A stretch of 64,000 nucleotides of DNA from Eledone cirrhosa (lineage: Eukaryota): contig OZ024741.1 in assembly GCA_964016885.1 (NCBI GenBank), positions 99,758,001 to 99,822,000 on the forward strand. Direction: 5' to 3'. Both the position numbers and the translations under genes were made by a program. The notes beneath the pieces were generated by a model. The model worked only from the letters and a program-made list of their open reading frames with translations, did no database searches and was not told where the DNA came from. Within the stretch, counting starts at the first letter, position 1; each line of letters starts with the position of its first letter. Below, piece after piece: positions 1 to 11,410 of the stretch.

Positions 1-1290
1 GGGAATTTACTGCGCTTATGGCATTTCTGCTGTTCAGATGTGACTTCAATACGCTCCTTACTCTCCGAATGTATTCAGTTCTTAACAATTCCTTCATTTT
101 TTTGTTCTTGATGTCATCAGCCTTCAGAACGCCCAAATACTTGTATCCTTCCTCAGAGTCAATTTCCTTTATCGTCTCACCTGTTGGTATCTGGATTCCG
201 TTACTTCTGCTCAACATATCCCTCCTCATCACAATGACTCCGCACTTACTAATACCAAACTGCATACATATATCACTGCTGAAAATACGGACAGTGTCAA
301 CAAGCACATCCAACTCCTTCTCACTCTTCCCCAAGAGCTTAAGATCGTCCATGAAGAGGAGGTGATTGATGGTAAGCTCTCCCTTTCCCAACTTGTATCC
401 TGCTCTCACTTTTCGCAGCATAATGGTCAAGGGCATCAGGGCAAGGAGAAACAACAGAGGGGACAGGCTATTTCCCTGCAAGATACCTCTCTTGATCTTC
501 ACGCTTCCCAAGGATTCTCCAGCTGATGTCAACTCTGTCTCCCAGGACCTCATACTCCTGCCCAGCAACTGTCTGATGTTATCTGCCACCTTGAAGATCT
601 CCAGGCTTTTGGTGATCCAAGAGTGAGGCACCATGTCAAATGCCTTTCTGTAGTCTATCCATCCCATGGCAAGATCAGTGTGTCTCCTCCTGCAATTCCC
701 CATTACCATCTTATCAATAAGTAACTGGTCCTTTGTACCACGTGATTTCTTTGGGCATCCTTTCTGTTCGTCCGGTAACAAGTTGTTTGTGTGGAGGTGA
801 TGGTAGATTTCCTCAGACACAATGCTCGTCAACAGTTTCCACATTACGGACAGACATGTGATAGGTCTATAGTTGGTAACATCATTACCCTTGATTCGGT
901 CTTTCATTATCAGAACTGTGGTACCTTTTGTCAACCACTCTGGCACCTCACCCGACACCAAGCAGTCATTGAACATGGCCGTCAGTTTCGGGTGGAGGGA
1001 TGTTAAATTTTTAATCCAATACCCCTGCACACAATCTGGGCCTGGTGATTTCCAGTTGGTTAGTTTTTTTGCCTGCCCCTTAAGAGTTTCAACTGTAATA
1101 CTCAAATCAGTTTGTTGGTGTGCCTGCTCACCAGTCCCCCTCTGTACTGTCTCAATCCACCCTGCCTGGTCATTATGTCTAACATCCTGCTCCCATATTC
1201 CTCTCCAGAATGTTTTAGTTTGTTCCGCCCCAGGGATCAAGTCGTTGCCTCTTGCTTTCCCCTCAAGCTGTCGAACATGCGGTTCTGTTT
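1..1290 (-). mobile_element. R4/Dong-clade (RLE-type) non-LTR retrotransposon, RT region; 5'-truncated at 1290, runs off the window start
   Basis: Manual minus-strand translation gives KSPGPDCVQGYWIK, AMGWIDYRKAFDMVPHSW, QGNSLSPLLFLLALMP and INHLLFMDDLKLFGKSEKELDVLVDTVRIFSSDICMQFGISKCG, typical of R4/Dong RTs. No long minus-strand ORF is in the track, so the frame is disrupted. Confidence 0.85.
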
Positions 1291-1317
1291 ATATTATTAT
1301 TATTATTATGATTATTA

Positions 1318-1361
<44 letters not shown>
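1291..1361. repeat. (ATT)n/(TAA)n microsatellite, left flank of the Tx1 element
   Basis: Directly visible trinucleotide tract. Confidence 0.95.
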
Positions 1362-1649
1362 GGCGACCTACTTAGTAAATCGTATCATCGTGAGCTCCGC
1401 AAAGGTTTGTTATTTCCGTTTGTTAAAAATTGTCATTTATGGAAAATGTTATTGTTAACTGTTTATAAGCGCACATACATTGTTTTCCGAAAAGGACACC
1501 CAAAAAGATTGGGGACTTGTGCCCAAAATTTTAATTTTTATTATTATCCAAAAATTTCTTTGAAAAAAAAATGGCTAATTCCCCTCTGCACGAAGCAGCT
1601 GAAAGCCTTCCTCACAAAATAACACCTCACACCGACACCACCATTGTAA

Positions 1650-3569
1650 ATGTTACTACGTTTGCCAACACAAAAAAAAAATATAAGCAGTAGCAATATT
1701 TTAAATTTGTCTCAGGCAGACATTCATTTCCCGCCATTACCAATGACTGCAGGTGTTAAAGCGTCCACCACCACCACCACCGCGACAACCACCACCCCCA
1801 CCACCACCGCGACAACAGAAACAAAAGAAGAAAAAAATAAATTAACTCGTGATGTCGAAATGAAATCAAGCAAAATGGACTCTTCCGCACAAAAGACGAA
1901 TGACGTCACCACCACCACAACTGAAACAAAAATTAAGATTAACACAAATAACGATAGCAACAACAACAACAATGACATTATAAAACCGACCTTCAGTTTC
2001 GCCATCGTAGCAAAACAATTCGAAGCGTTCACGGTAACTCAAGAAGATTTAGAAAATGCCAAACAAATGGTAAAGAAAGATGGGTACAGGGTCAGCCTCC
2101 CCCCCCCCACACCTAATAAAATGGAGCATCGGCGCCTGTGCGCCGTGTCGTATAGAACAATAAATGTAAAATCGCGCCGAGTGGAACGGGCATCCGAGTC
2201 CCAAATCCAAAAGGCTTTGGGACATGTGTGGGCAAGAAAAACCCACATCAGACGTGGGCAAAAGTATGGAACCGTGGATGTGTTCTTTGAAACACCAGAG
2301 GAGGCTAGAGAACAATCCATGGCCCCATTAAAAAGTGACGACCTCACACTCGTCCCAAGCTATTGTGACCAGAGACTCGTAAAGATCAGGGTGACCCACG
2401 TTCCACCGGCCATCGATATTCCCTGGCTAATAGCGGCTGTCCTCGCCGGCATCGAAGCCAACACGAAAATAATAGCAGTAGCAAAAGAAAAGCAGGAAAA
2501 CTGGTCCGGATCTGGGATGGAGCTCCTGATCCAAGCGGACGAAAAAAGCATTGAGGAGATCCCAGAGGTAATAGACCTCACTGACGGCAGCCACCTCACA
2601 CTAATTGTCGAGGGCAGAAGACCTAGATGTGTCGTTTGTGGTGAAGGAACCCACCTAAGGGCTTTCTGCCCTCAGGCTAAAAGGTTGAGGCCACCTCTCC
2701 TACCCACCCCAGTGACACAACCATCAACACCACCAGTAGCAGAGATGGCAGCAACAACTGTAGCAGCAACAACAGAAGCAACTATAACAGCAACAACCCC
2801 AGCAACAGTAGCAAAATCAACACCACTACCACCACCAGCAAAACCAACAACACCACCACCCAACGCTTCAGAACTAGCACCAGCGCCTACACCATCCACC
2901 ACACCACAACAAAAACTAACGGCTGTGGAGGATTTTCCACTCCCCGGCCTATCACAACTGGAGACAGATTGTGACGACGAGGAGTGGGAAACGATATCCG
3001 GAAAAAAAAAAAGAAACCAAAAAAGAAAAAATTCTCTTCCTTCCCCCTCCAAAAACAAAATACAGAGGGAAACAAATAAACTAAGAAACAAAAAAGTTAG
3101 GACAGATATGCCACCATCCACACCAGCATCACCAACCCCATCAACCCAAACACCAACACCATCACCATCATTAACTCCAACACCACCATCACCTACACCA
3201 CAAAAGTCACCAAAATGCGAAACAGAAACAAACCCACAACAAACGCAAACAAAACAAAACAACCAAAACGATACACACTACACAGCATTAAATTTGAACA
3301 ACAAGCAATTATTACACTACATCCAACACAACACCAGCATCACAGAAAAAGACTACACAACAACCCCAAAATTCACACCACCTCCACACATACAAATCAC
3401 TCGCATCACACAGAAAACGTACATGACACTAAAACAAAAATTCCCCAAAGACATCGGAGACTTCCGACAAGCACTCTCCAGGAGGATTTATAAGGACATC
3501 CTTCCTGAGGAGGCCACAAGCAGTGAAAAGGATGGAAAAGCCGTCCTTCCCCTACGAGAAGTAAGGTAA
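1650..3569 (+). CDS. LINE ORF1p (gag-like nucleic-acid-binding protein with CCHC knuckle)
   Basis: Open 639-aa frame with a CX2CX4HX4C knuckle (CVVCGEGTHLRAFC), an RRM-like segment upstream, Pro/Thr-rich linkers and a basic patch (KKKRNQKRK). The true start may be a downstream ATG. Confidence 0.85.
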   Translation: MLLRLPTQKKNISSSNILNLSQADIHFPPLPMTAGVKASTTTTTATTTTPTTTATTETKEEKNKLTRDVEMKSSKMDSSAQKTNDVTTTTTETKIKINTNNDSNNNNNDIIKPTFSFAIVAKQFEAFTVTQEDLENAKQMVKKDGYRVSLPPPTPNKMEHRRLCAVSYRTINVKSRRVERASESQIQKALGHVWARKTHIRRGQKYGTVDVFFETPEEAREQSMAPLKSDDLTLVPSYCDQRLVKIRVTHVPPAIDIPWLIAAVLAGIEANTKIIAVAKEKQENWSGSGMELLIQADEKSIEEIPEVIDLTDGSHLTLIVEGRRPRCVVCGEGTHLRAFCPQAKRLRPPLLPTPVTQPSTPPVAEMAATTVAATTEATITATTPATVAKSTPLPPPAKPTTPPPNASELAPAPTPSTTPQQKLTAVEDFPLPGLSQLETDCDDEEWETISGKKKRNQKRKNSLPSPSKNKIQRETNKLRNKKVRTDMPPSTPASPTPSTQTPTPSPSLTPTPPSPTPQKSPKCETETNPQQTQTKQNNQNDTHYTALNLNNKQLLHYIQHNTSITEKDYTTTPKFTPPPHIQITRITQKTYMTLKQKFPKDIGDFRQALSRRIYKDILPEEATSSEKDGKAVLPLREVR

Positions 3570-3603
3570 GTGGTCTTTCCCATCTTTTCCACTCCTTTTC
3601 AAC

Positions 3604-6600
3604 ATGACCTCACTCAGAATAGGCAGCATAAATGCGCGTGGCTTGGAGTCGTCATGGAAGCAGGGCCACCTGCTCAACGACCTCAGGTCACTAAACATAG
3701 ATGTAGTGGCCATCAGCGAGACCAGAATCTCCGAAGCACAGGCTTTCGCACCGATCTTCGGCGGCTACGATGTGTACGCATCTCCCAGCCGTCCGGGATC
3801 GGGGGGGGGGGAGTTGCTGTGCTTTTTCGGAGAGGTTTGGATCTTGCCATACGGGCCATCTTCCTGGACCCAGAAGGTATGTTGGTGGTGCTGGACGTGA
3901 CCAGCGGAGACGGGCAAGCTTTCAGGTTAGTGGCCGTCTATGCCCCGACAGGAGCAGGGCGGCCTGATTTCTTCCGGCGTCTGGAGACCTTTCTTGGAAC
4001 GTCCCGCTCTTTAGTGTTAGTGGGCGACTGGAACGGGATCTTAGATGCACGCTTGGATTGTGTGGGATTAGTGGATAGGGAAGGAGGGTGCAAGAGTCTC
4101 ACCAACCTGCTCAGACGTTTTGAACTGTCTGACAGGTACCGAATGGATTTCCCGAATGTACCAATGTGGACTTGGACAAATCGCATAGGGTCATCCAGAT
4201 CATATCTAGATAGAGTATTTTGTAGGGAAATAGATAGGTCTAGCATAGGCTGTCCACAATTCAAGATAGTCAGCTACACGGACCACAAATTCGTGATCTG
4301 TGTGCTTGACTTAGATAGGCTTCATAGACGAGGACCCGGCTACTGGAAGCTAAACGCATCCTTACCAGCGCGCAAGGCCTACAGAGACCGGATTAGCGAA
4401 CTAGTTAAGCGGGCGTTGACGGGGGCCATCGTCAACATCAAGTGGTGGTTTGCTCTGAAAAGAGCAATTAGAATAGAGTCCATTAGGTTTAGTAAGACTT
4501 TAGCAATAGAGAAAAATAGAGCAGAGGGAGAATTAGTTAGAAAATTAGATGAGGCGCTTAGCAAAGGCATCGCGACCGACGTACTTGCGGCGAAATTTGC
4601 CCTTGACCAATTCTTCAATGCAAAGCACGAAGGCTGCGTTGTCAGAGATAGGGTGCGTGCTCTCAGACACGAGGGGACGAAAGCCGTTCAATGGGCCCGA
4701 GTGGCGGAGGCGCGTCGTGGCAACAAAGCCACGATCCGGTCTTTGGTGGACCACGACGGGCGCATGCTACTCGATCCCGGGCAAATGTGTGAAGCTTTTC
4801 AGCGACACTTCGCTAAACTGTTCGGGGGCAGTGGCGGGCCGGATCGAGGGATGGACTTTAGTGTCTACCTCGACGGACTGCCGAGGCTTTCGGCCACTGA
4901 GGCGGAGTGTTGCGAAAAGCCGATAACAACCGCTGAAGTACGGGATGCAATGACTAGTTGCACAAGGGGTAAATCGCCTGGTTTAGATGGTCTGCCCTAT
5001 GAACTTTACGTACAAATGCCAAACTTGTTCGGAGGCCTCTTGGCGGACGTCTACTGCAACTGGCAACAGAACGGGAGAATTCCCAGCTCTGTGAGCCGAG
5101 GAGCGGTGGCGCTGCTGAGAAAGGATCCGAACAAGGGGGATAACATAGATAATTTTAGGCCCATAACTCTGCTAAACACAGAGTTCAAGATTTTGGCCAA
5201 GGTGCTAGCAAAGTGGTTGGCGCTTGTCGTTGGTGGTCTGGTGGGAGAGGCACAGACATGCGCCATTCCCGACAGATCCATCCACGACAACCTCCACCTC
5301 ATGCGATACATCGTAGAGAGGGTAGCTAGGGAACCTGGCACGGGTGGGTCTTTGATCAATTTAGATCAGTCGAAAGCCTTCGATAGGGTCGACCATCCTT
5401 ACCTAACGGCAGTCCTGAGAGCGGCTGGCTTTGGGCCCGTCTTCAGAGGCTGGATCGCTGCCATGCACAGCGACATCTGCTCTGTAGTGAGAGTGAACGG
5501 TCACCTTTCGGAACCGTTCAACATCATGCGCTCGGTCCGCCAAGGATGTCTCCTCTCGTCCCTATTGTACGTATTGACTGTCGAGCCATTACTGCACAAA
5601 CTGGAGACGTTGAGGGGGGGTCCCGCGCGAACTAGGATGCGGAAGATCCGTGTCAGCATATGCCGACGATGTCACCGTAGTGGTGTCGAACGCCAAACAC
5701 ATCGAGGCGATCGGCACTACACTAAGAGAATACGAAGCGGTGACAGGGGTCTGGTTCGGTCCAGACCTCCAGACGGACAAAAACTGGGACGAGGTGACGA
5801 GCAGGGTGGCTTCTCTCACCCAGAAATGGGGCGAGAGGAAGCTATCCCTGAAAGGTCGAGCGGAGGTGGCGAATGCGTACATCGCATCCGTCATCTACTA
5901 CCGCCTGACCGTCGTACCTTGTCCTAAGCCCCGCCTGACTGCGCTGGAGCGTTTGCTCTTTCGCTTCTTGTGGAAGGGACGCGCTCAGATGGTCAGGCGG
6001 TCCATCTGCTGCCAACACCCGCTACGTGGAGGGCTGGGCTTGCAGTGGCTGATGATGCGCAGACACGCGCTCAGGCTACGACATCTCCACCTCTTCCTCG
6101 ACGGTGATCAGGTGTGGTCGCCGTTTGCAAGACACGTTTTTCCCCAGCTCGTCTCCTTGACGGAGCTGCAGTCCTGGGTCAAGCGAAGACCGAGAGGGAG
6201 CGCTTGGAGACTGGAATGTCTTCAGGCGCTCACAGCCCTCGACCAATCGGGCAATGTGATCGGTGGAAACTCCACCTTGGCGTTCTATAGGGGATTAGTG
6301 GAGGGGAAGAGCGACGACGTACTTGGAGAAACTCTAGGCGTCGACGAAAATCAACTGGCCAATCTCTTCGGAAGGACTTTCGGGCCGGGGCCTATGGACA
6401 ACTTCCAGAAATCCCTGGCCTGGCAGTGCTACCGAGGAGCTTTGCCAGTTCGGGATAAACTCTACAGGCATGGAGGTGCCGTCAGCCGGGCATGTCCGAG
6501 ATGCGCGCAGGGCGACGAAACCGTCCTGCACGCACTCGTTCAGTGTCCGAGCATTGCTGACTTGTGGGTTTATGTCGAACACCTGCTGTCACGTGTAGGA

Positions 6601-6909
6601 CGGATCCGGCTATCAGCTGAGTCCATCGTGAGGATTGCCCCGCCCCCTTCCTTTAGCCTGGAAGGGCAGGCAGTTTTTATCTGTCTGGTGGCCATGGCGA
6701 AAGAGATAGTATGGTGGACACGTTTGAAAGGGCTGAAGACGAGCACTTACCTCTTCGGTGATGCCCTGATTAACCTTTTCAAATTTCATTTGAAAAGGAA
6801 AATCAGGGTAGAGAGGGAAGTGCTCTCTTCCCAGCATTTTGTTGAAAGATGGGTGAGAGAAGCAAGTATGGCCCGAATGAATGGGCCTTCTCTGAGTATG
6901 TGTCTGTAA
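3604..6909 (+). pseudogene. LINE ORF2p (APE endonuclease + reverse transcriptase + C-terminal zinc finger), split by two frameshifts
   Basis: MTSLRIGSINARGL...ISET (3604 frame) continues into VYAP, GDWN, SYLD, TDH (APE) and KSPGLDG, FRPITLLN, DQSKAFD, VRQGCLLS (RT). YADD and CPRC...ETVLHALVQC follow in the 5650 frame. Frame switches fall at G runs 3801-3811 and 5614-5620. Confidence 0.9.
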
Positions 6910-7141
6910 ATTAAAGGTGGAAAACTGGGAGAGGGCACTTGCCCTGGTGGTCAGGGCCACTGTGGTCTTTTAATGGGCTTTCTCCACAAATGTCCCTTGG
7001 AAGTCTCCCCCCTATTGGGGAATTTTTCTTTGTTATTTTATTTCAACCTCTGTTTTTTTTACACGCAGAAATGCCCATTTGTACCGTCCTGTATTGTCCT
7101 GTACTGTCCTTAATGTCTACTTTATCTGAACCCTTGTGGTT

Positions 7142-7152
7142 AATAAAGAAAA

Positions 7153-7202
<50 letters not shown>
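7142..7202 (+). other. Polyadenylation signal followed by (ATT)n tail/target tract
   Basis: AATAAA 7142-7147, then (ATT)n 7154-7202. Confidence 0.8.
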
Positions 7203-7203
<1 letters not shown>

Positions 7204-7513
7204 GTGTCGAACCCCGACGGGTATTGGGAGGTGATGATTTCATTCAAATGAAATATTTCATGCCCTGTGGACATCATTTCTATAAAAATAATAAGCATTC
7301 TTTTAGTCTCATTATGATGTGTTAATAAATTGTGATCATGGCTTTGGTATCTTAGCTCACGCACCCACGCTCCTATATATATTGACAAACAACAATAGTA
7401 ACACAAATCCTCCATCTCAATTTTACTTTTGTAAATGATAAGAACTGTGAAACCGGTGAAGTAAATAAAAACATACTTAAAAGTCTCCAGTTGCGTTTTT
7501 AATTTATTTTCCT

Positions 7514-7614
<101 letters not shown>

Positions 7615-8067
7615 GGATACTTAGTAAAATCGAATCTCTGGTGGTGTGCAAGCAAATTCGGCCTACTACGAGAATGAGTTAGCAAAGCACTCGACAAGGT
7701 AGGTCCTCAGAGTAATAACATACGTTTAAATAGCTTGACAAATTGAACATTGTGGTGGGCACAATCTAACACACAATATACCAAAGGTACGAAAGAACTA
7801 ACAGGTTGAGAAAAATACACCTGACAAATCAAACGTTATACGTTTAAAGTGTTTCTATGAATCTGAAATCAAATATCAGACTTATGTAACTGGCAACTCG
7901 TGGTATTCATGTTCGAACAGAGGATTCAGTTCATCAACAGATTTTCGTTTTACCAAAGAACGGAGTGAGAAGCTAAATGTTAATGCTAGGTTCAGCATAT
8001 CGTATATATAGTTGTCACGTGTTATTTCCAGCAAGGGAAACAACCCCCGGTATATATTTATATATAT

Positions 8068-8187
8068 ATATTGTTATGCTTTGGGAGGATCATGTTGCCA
8101 ATAAGAAACACACGCACCAAAGCATAACAATATCGGTTTCAACATACGTTTTCAGATAAAGAATCTTGCTAAACAAATTCAGAAACG

Positions 8188-8190
<3 letters not shown>
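8068..8190 (+). mobile_element. Ultra-short fragment of the 19.4-20.0 kb palindromic PLE-like family (inverted end + tail)
   Basis: 8068-8119 matches 19493-19544 directly. 8117-8190 is the reverse complement of about 19438-19509. Flanked by (TA)n on both sides. Confidence 0.75.
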
Positions 8191-8258
<68 letters not shown>

Positions 8259-8436
8259 GCTTGGTTCATCTTTTTTGCTCTGGTGGCTAATGGCTTTACG
8301 ACCACTGTTTTCATTTTAACGCATCTTAATTGCTCTGGTCTTCTTTTAGTCCATTGAGCGCTCGCCGCATATCTCTAAGATTGCGTTTCGTCTTGTTTTT
8401 TGCCCCGCCGAAATACGATATCGCTGAAATTATATT

Positions 8437-8490
<54 letters not shown>

Positions 8491-8496
8491 TATATA

Positions 8497-9541
8497 CATA
8501 GGAAAAGCGCCAGGACCCCGGCGGCTGAGCTAGATCTAGCTGGAGAAAGGGGAAATCAAACAAAGAAACGAACGAGGAAGAAAAGCGGTAGTAGCAAGAA
8601 GTAATAGAAGGAGACAAAGGGAAGGAGAAAACATAGAGGAAAAGGAAAGAGGTACATCTACCTATATAAGTAGGGGTTTTTCCTATCTTATTCGGCCAGT
8701 GGGCTGTTCCAGCCTCAGTCTACCCACCCGGATCGTTATGAGGTTTGAGAGCGAGGTAAGTCTTCCGCAATCTGTGTTTGCATGCAGTTACCAGTTCGTC
8801 TGTTTTTTCCCCTTTCGCCTACCCCGAGACAGTCCATCGTGCCACTTTAGCCTCAGTACCCCCACCCCAGTAACTTACAGATACCATTCGCCGATTACGC
8901 TATACTAACTATTCATAGCAGCTGTGTTAGACCCCAGAGATGTGGTATTATTTTTTAATTCTAAATGTTTCAATAATTCTCATCTTGCAACTCATTCTAT
9001 AGCTTTGGCCGAAATAGCAGCACCAACTAAATATAGCAGCTGTGTTAGACTCCTTAGTTTTTGTTTTATTTCAATTCTTACATTCTGATACATCTTTCTC
9101 TCATTTTTTTTATTATATTCTCTTTTATTATATTTTTTCATTGTCCCCTAATCGCATTTGATTTAATATTTCTATACCGTCCCTCCTCCACTTTCTAAAG
9201 AAACCTTTTTCGACAACCTCCCCTGGCCTACTTTCATACACATTCCTTAGAATTTGCCGTGTAGATTTCACCTTCTACGTTTGACCGGCTCTACCCACTC
9301 CCCTATGGTTCTACAGGCAAGTTCAGCCATCCCCACACCGAACCCACTGCCATGATAGACTTTTCTGTGTCTGCCACAAATTTTGACCAATCCCCTTGAC
9401 AACTACAATCTTCCAATATAAGGAAGTACCCCTTGAAAAGTTCGGCTATTTATTTACCAAACTAAAAAAAACTCTTAATTTAGTCCAGAAATAGCCGTCG
9501 AAACGGCTTGAGCTCTGCCGTCGGGGTCATACTTTCTACTA
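8497..9541. mobile_element. Unclassified ~1-kb element with imperfect inverted termini
   Basis: Left end CATAGGAAAAGCGCCAGGACCCCGGCGGCTGAGCT resembles the reverse complement of the right end (AGCTCTGCCGTCGGGGTCATACTTTCTACTA). The right end recurs at about 45995-46050. TATA-like CCTATATAAG at 8661. Confidence 0.5.
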
Positions 9542-9649
9542 TTACCCATCTACTACCCTAAGTATTGAGTACTCTGATGCGTTATGCTCCACCTGGTTCC
9601 TTACCACAACTCCTTCGTTATATATATATATATATATACAATGGTCGTA

Positions 9650-9930
9650 AGAGCGCTTTTCATTTTGGTGTGGGCGTAGGAACCTTAATACGGACCAGGA
9701 GAGAGTATAATCCGTGTTGCTCTGTTTCAAGTCCCAGATCTTCTTAGCGAGGGTGGTCGAGTTATTCAGCCTAAGTTTTCTTAAATGAATGCGAGTGCAC
9801 GTACCATCTCTTCTTAAGTTGGAACTTTCACCCACATATCTATACATTCCCAATTAGTTTCAACCACACACTGCTAAACCATGTTCCTGTGCATATACAT
9901 ACCATTTAAGGGACAGTTGTGTGATCGAGG
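9650..9930 (-). pseudogene. Decayed GIY-YIG endonuclease domain of a Penelope-like element
   Basis: Minus strand NCPLNG...YRYVGESS...NSTTLAKKIWDLKQSNTDYTLSWSVL resembles the PLE GIY-YIG pattern CPLxG...YxG...NSTxLSKxIWxLK...W. Confidence 0.65.
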
Positions 9931-10805
9931 TAATGGAGATATGTTTGGCTCGAATCTGTTGAACTCTCGCCAGGACAGAATTATTAATTGCCAACACAGG
10001 GATTTACGTGCCTTAACCAGGTACCACCCTGATTAGCATGATTCCTTTCTCCTATCAAGATAACCTACTCCTATAAAATGTTTCTTCTAAGCCCCTTTAA
10101 CTGCATAAAAAAACTATAATTTCCTCTTTGAATAGCATTAGATTCGATCCTACATCTCACTTTCCACCTTACCAATTGATTCTGCCCAATCTCCAACTGC
10201 CAAGACCTTATGGCACCAATTTTACATAATAATGAGTTCTCCAGTTTATCCTTTCCTTTAGGACAGTCTGGTAAAACACATTTATTACTGCCATCAACCT
10301 TTAGCTTATCTACTTTAGACGCTTCGACCAGCAAAATCCCCTTCCCTATCCCCTTTCCTTCACTGACTTCTTTTCTATCTACTCGCTACTTAACTATCCA
10401 TTCTAACTGCTAACCGATCTCCTTTATGGGTGTATATGTTTACATGTGTATCTTTATGCATGTGTATGTATAGATATGTACGTGTGCATTTATGTATATA
10501 TGCGCGTGTGTGTATATGAATGACTGTGTGCATATTTATATATATATATGTGTGTGTGCGTGTATATGTATATATATATAAGTAAATGTATATATGTATG
10601 TTATATACGTATAAGCGTATTTACGTATGCGCGTGTGTGTGTATATATATATATGTGTGTGTGTGTGTATACGTGTGAGTGTGTGTATGCGTGTATGGGT
10701 ATATGTGTTTATATAGATATGTATCTATATATGTGGTGTGCGTATATATACATATAGTTAAGTGTACAAATGTGTTTATGTATAAGGAAGCATACACTCT
10801 TATTT

Positions 10806-11292
10806 TGTTTCGGGGTTTTAGGAGATTTCGAAGGTGTGTGGGGGATTCAGGAGTTTCGGGTGTTTCAGCCGTTTAGATAATTTCGCAATTTAGGCGGTTT
10901 GGGGATTTTATGTTGGTTCGGGGGTTCAGTCCGTTTTGGTGGCTTAGGCGGTTTCGGGTTTCGGCGGTTTAGGTGGTTTAGGGGTATTTCGGGTTACGGG
11001 TGTTTCAGCGGTTATTTAGTTTCAGTAGTTTTGGTTTCGGTAATTCAGCGGTTTAGGTAGTTTCAGTAGTTTAGGCAAATTCGGGAATGTTCCGGCGATT
11101 CAGGGTTTTCAGGCGTTTCAGCGGTATAGATAGTTTCGGGATTTTAGGCGGTTTCAAGGGTTTCGGAGGTTTCGGGGGTGTCGGGGTTTAGGCTGTTTCG
11201 GAAGTTTACATGGTTTCGGGGGTTTAGACTGTTTCGGAGGATTCGGGGTCTAAAGCGGTTTCGGTGGTTTAGGCGGTCTCAGGGGTTTCAGA
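10806..11292. repeat. Degenerate G/T-rich minisatellite (about 9-10-bp units such as GTTTCGGGG / GTTTAGGCG)
   Basis: Directly visible, strongly strand-asymmetric array. Confidence 0.85.
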
Positions 11293-11410
11293 TAGTATAT
11301 CCCTAGATATATATAGAAATTTATAGCATATCCCTAGGTATAATAGAAATTTATAGTATATCCCTAGGTATAATAGAAATTTATAGTATATCCCTAGATA
11401 TAATAGAAAT
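11293..11410. repeat. 30-bp tandem repeat, about 4 copies (TAGTATATCCCTAGGTATAATAGAAATTTA)
   Basis: Directly visible; it produces the repeated LLYLGIYYKF in the 11269..11508 ORF. Confidence 0.9.

Larger units (their letters stand above)
1362..7153 (+). mobile_element. Near-full-length Tx1/L1-clade LINE (5' UTR, ORF1, ORF2, 3' UTR)
   Basis: Two-ORF layout with a zinc-knuckle ORF1 and an APE-RT-zf ORF2. AATAAA at 7142-7147. Bounded by (ATT)n on both sides. Confidence 0.92.

Noticed and set aside
18-1622. Plus-strand ORFs 18..365, 366..626 and 873..1622
   Set aside because: Antisense shadows of the R4/Dong RT plus poly-Ile from (ATT)n.
10071-10334. 87-aa minus-strand ORF
   Set aside because: No recognisable motif; lies among decayed element fragments.
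11293-11410. CRISPR-like appearance of the 30-bp repeats
   Set aside because: No spacers, no cas genes, and a eukaryotic context.
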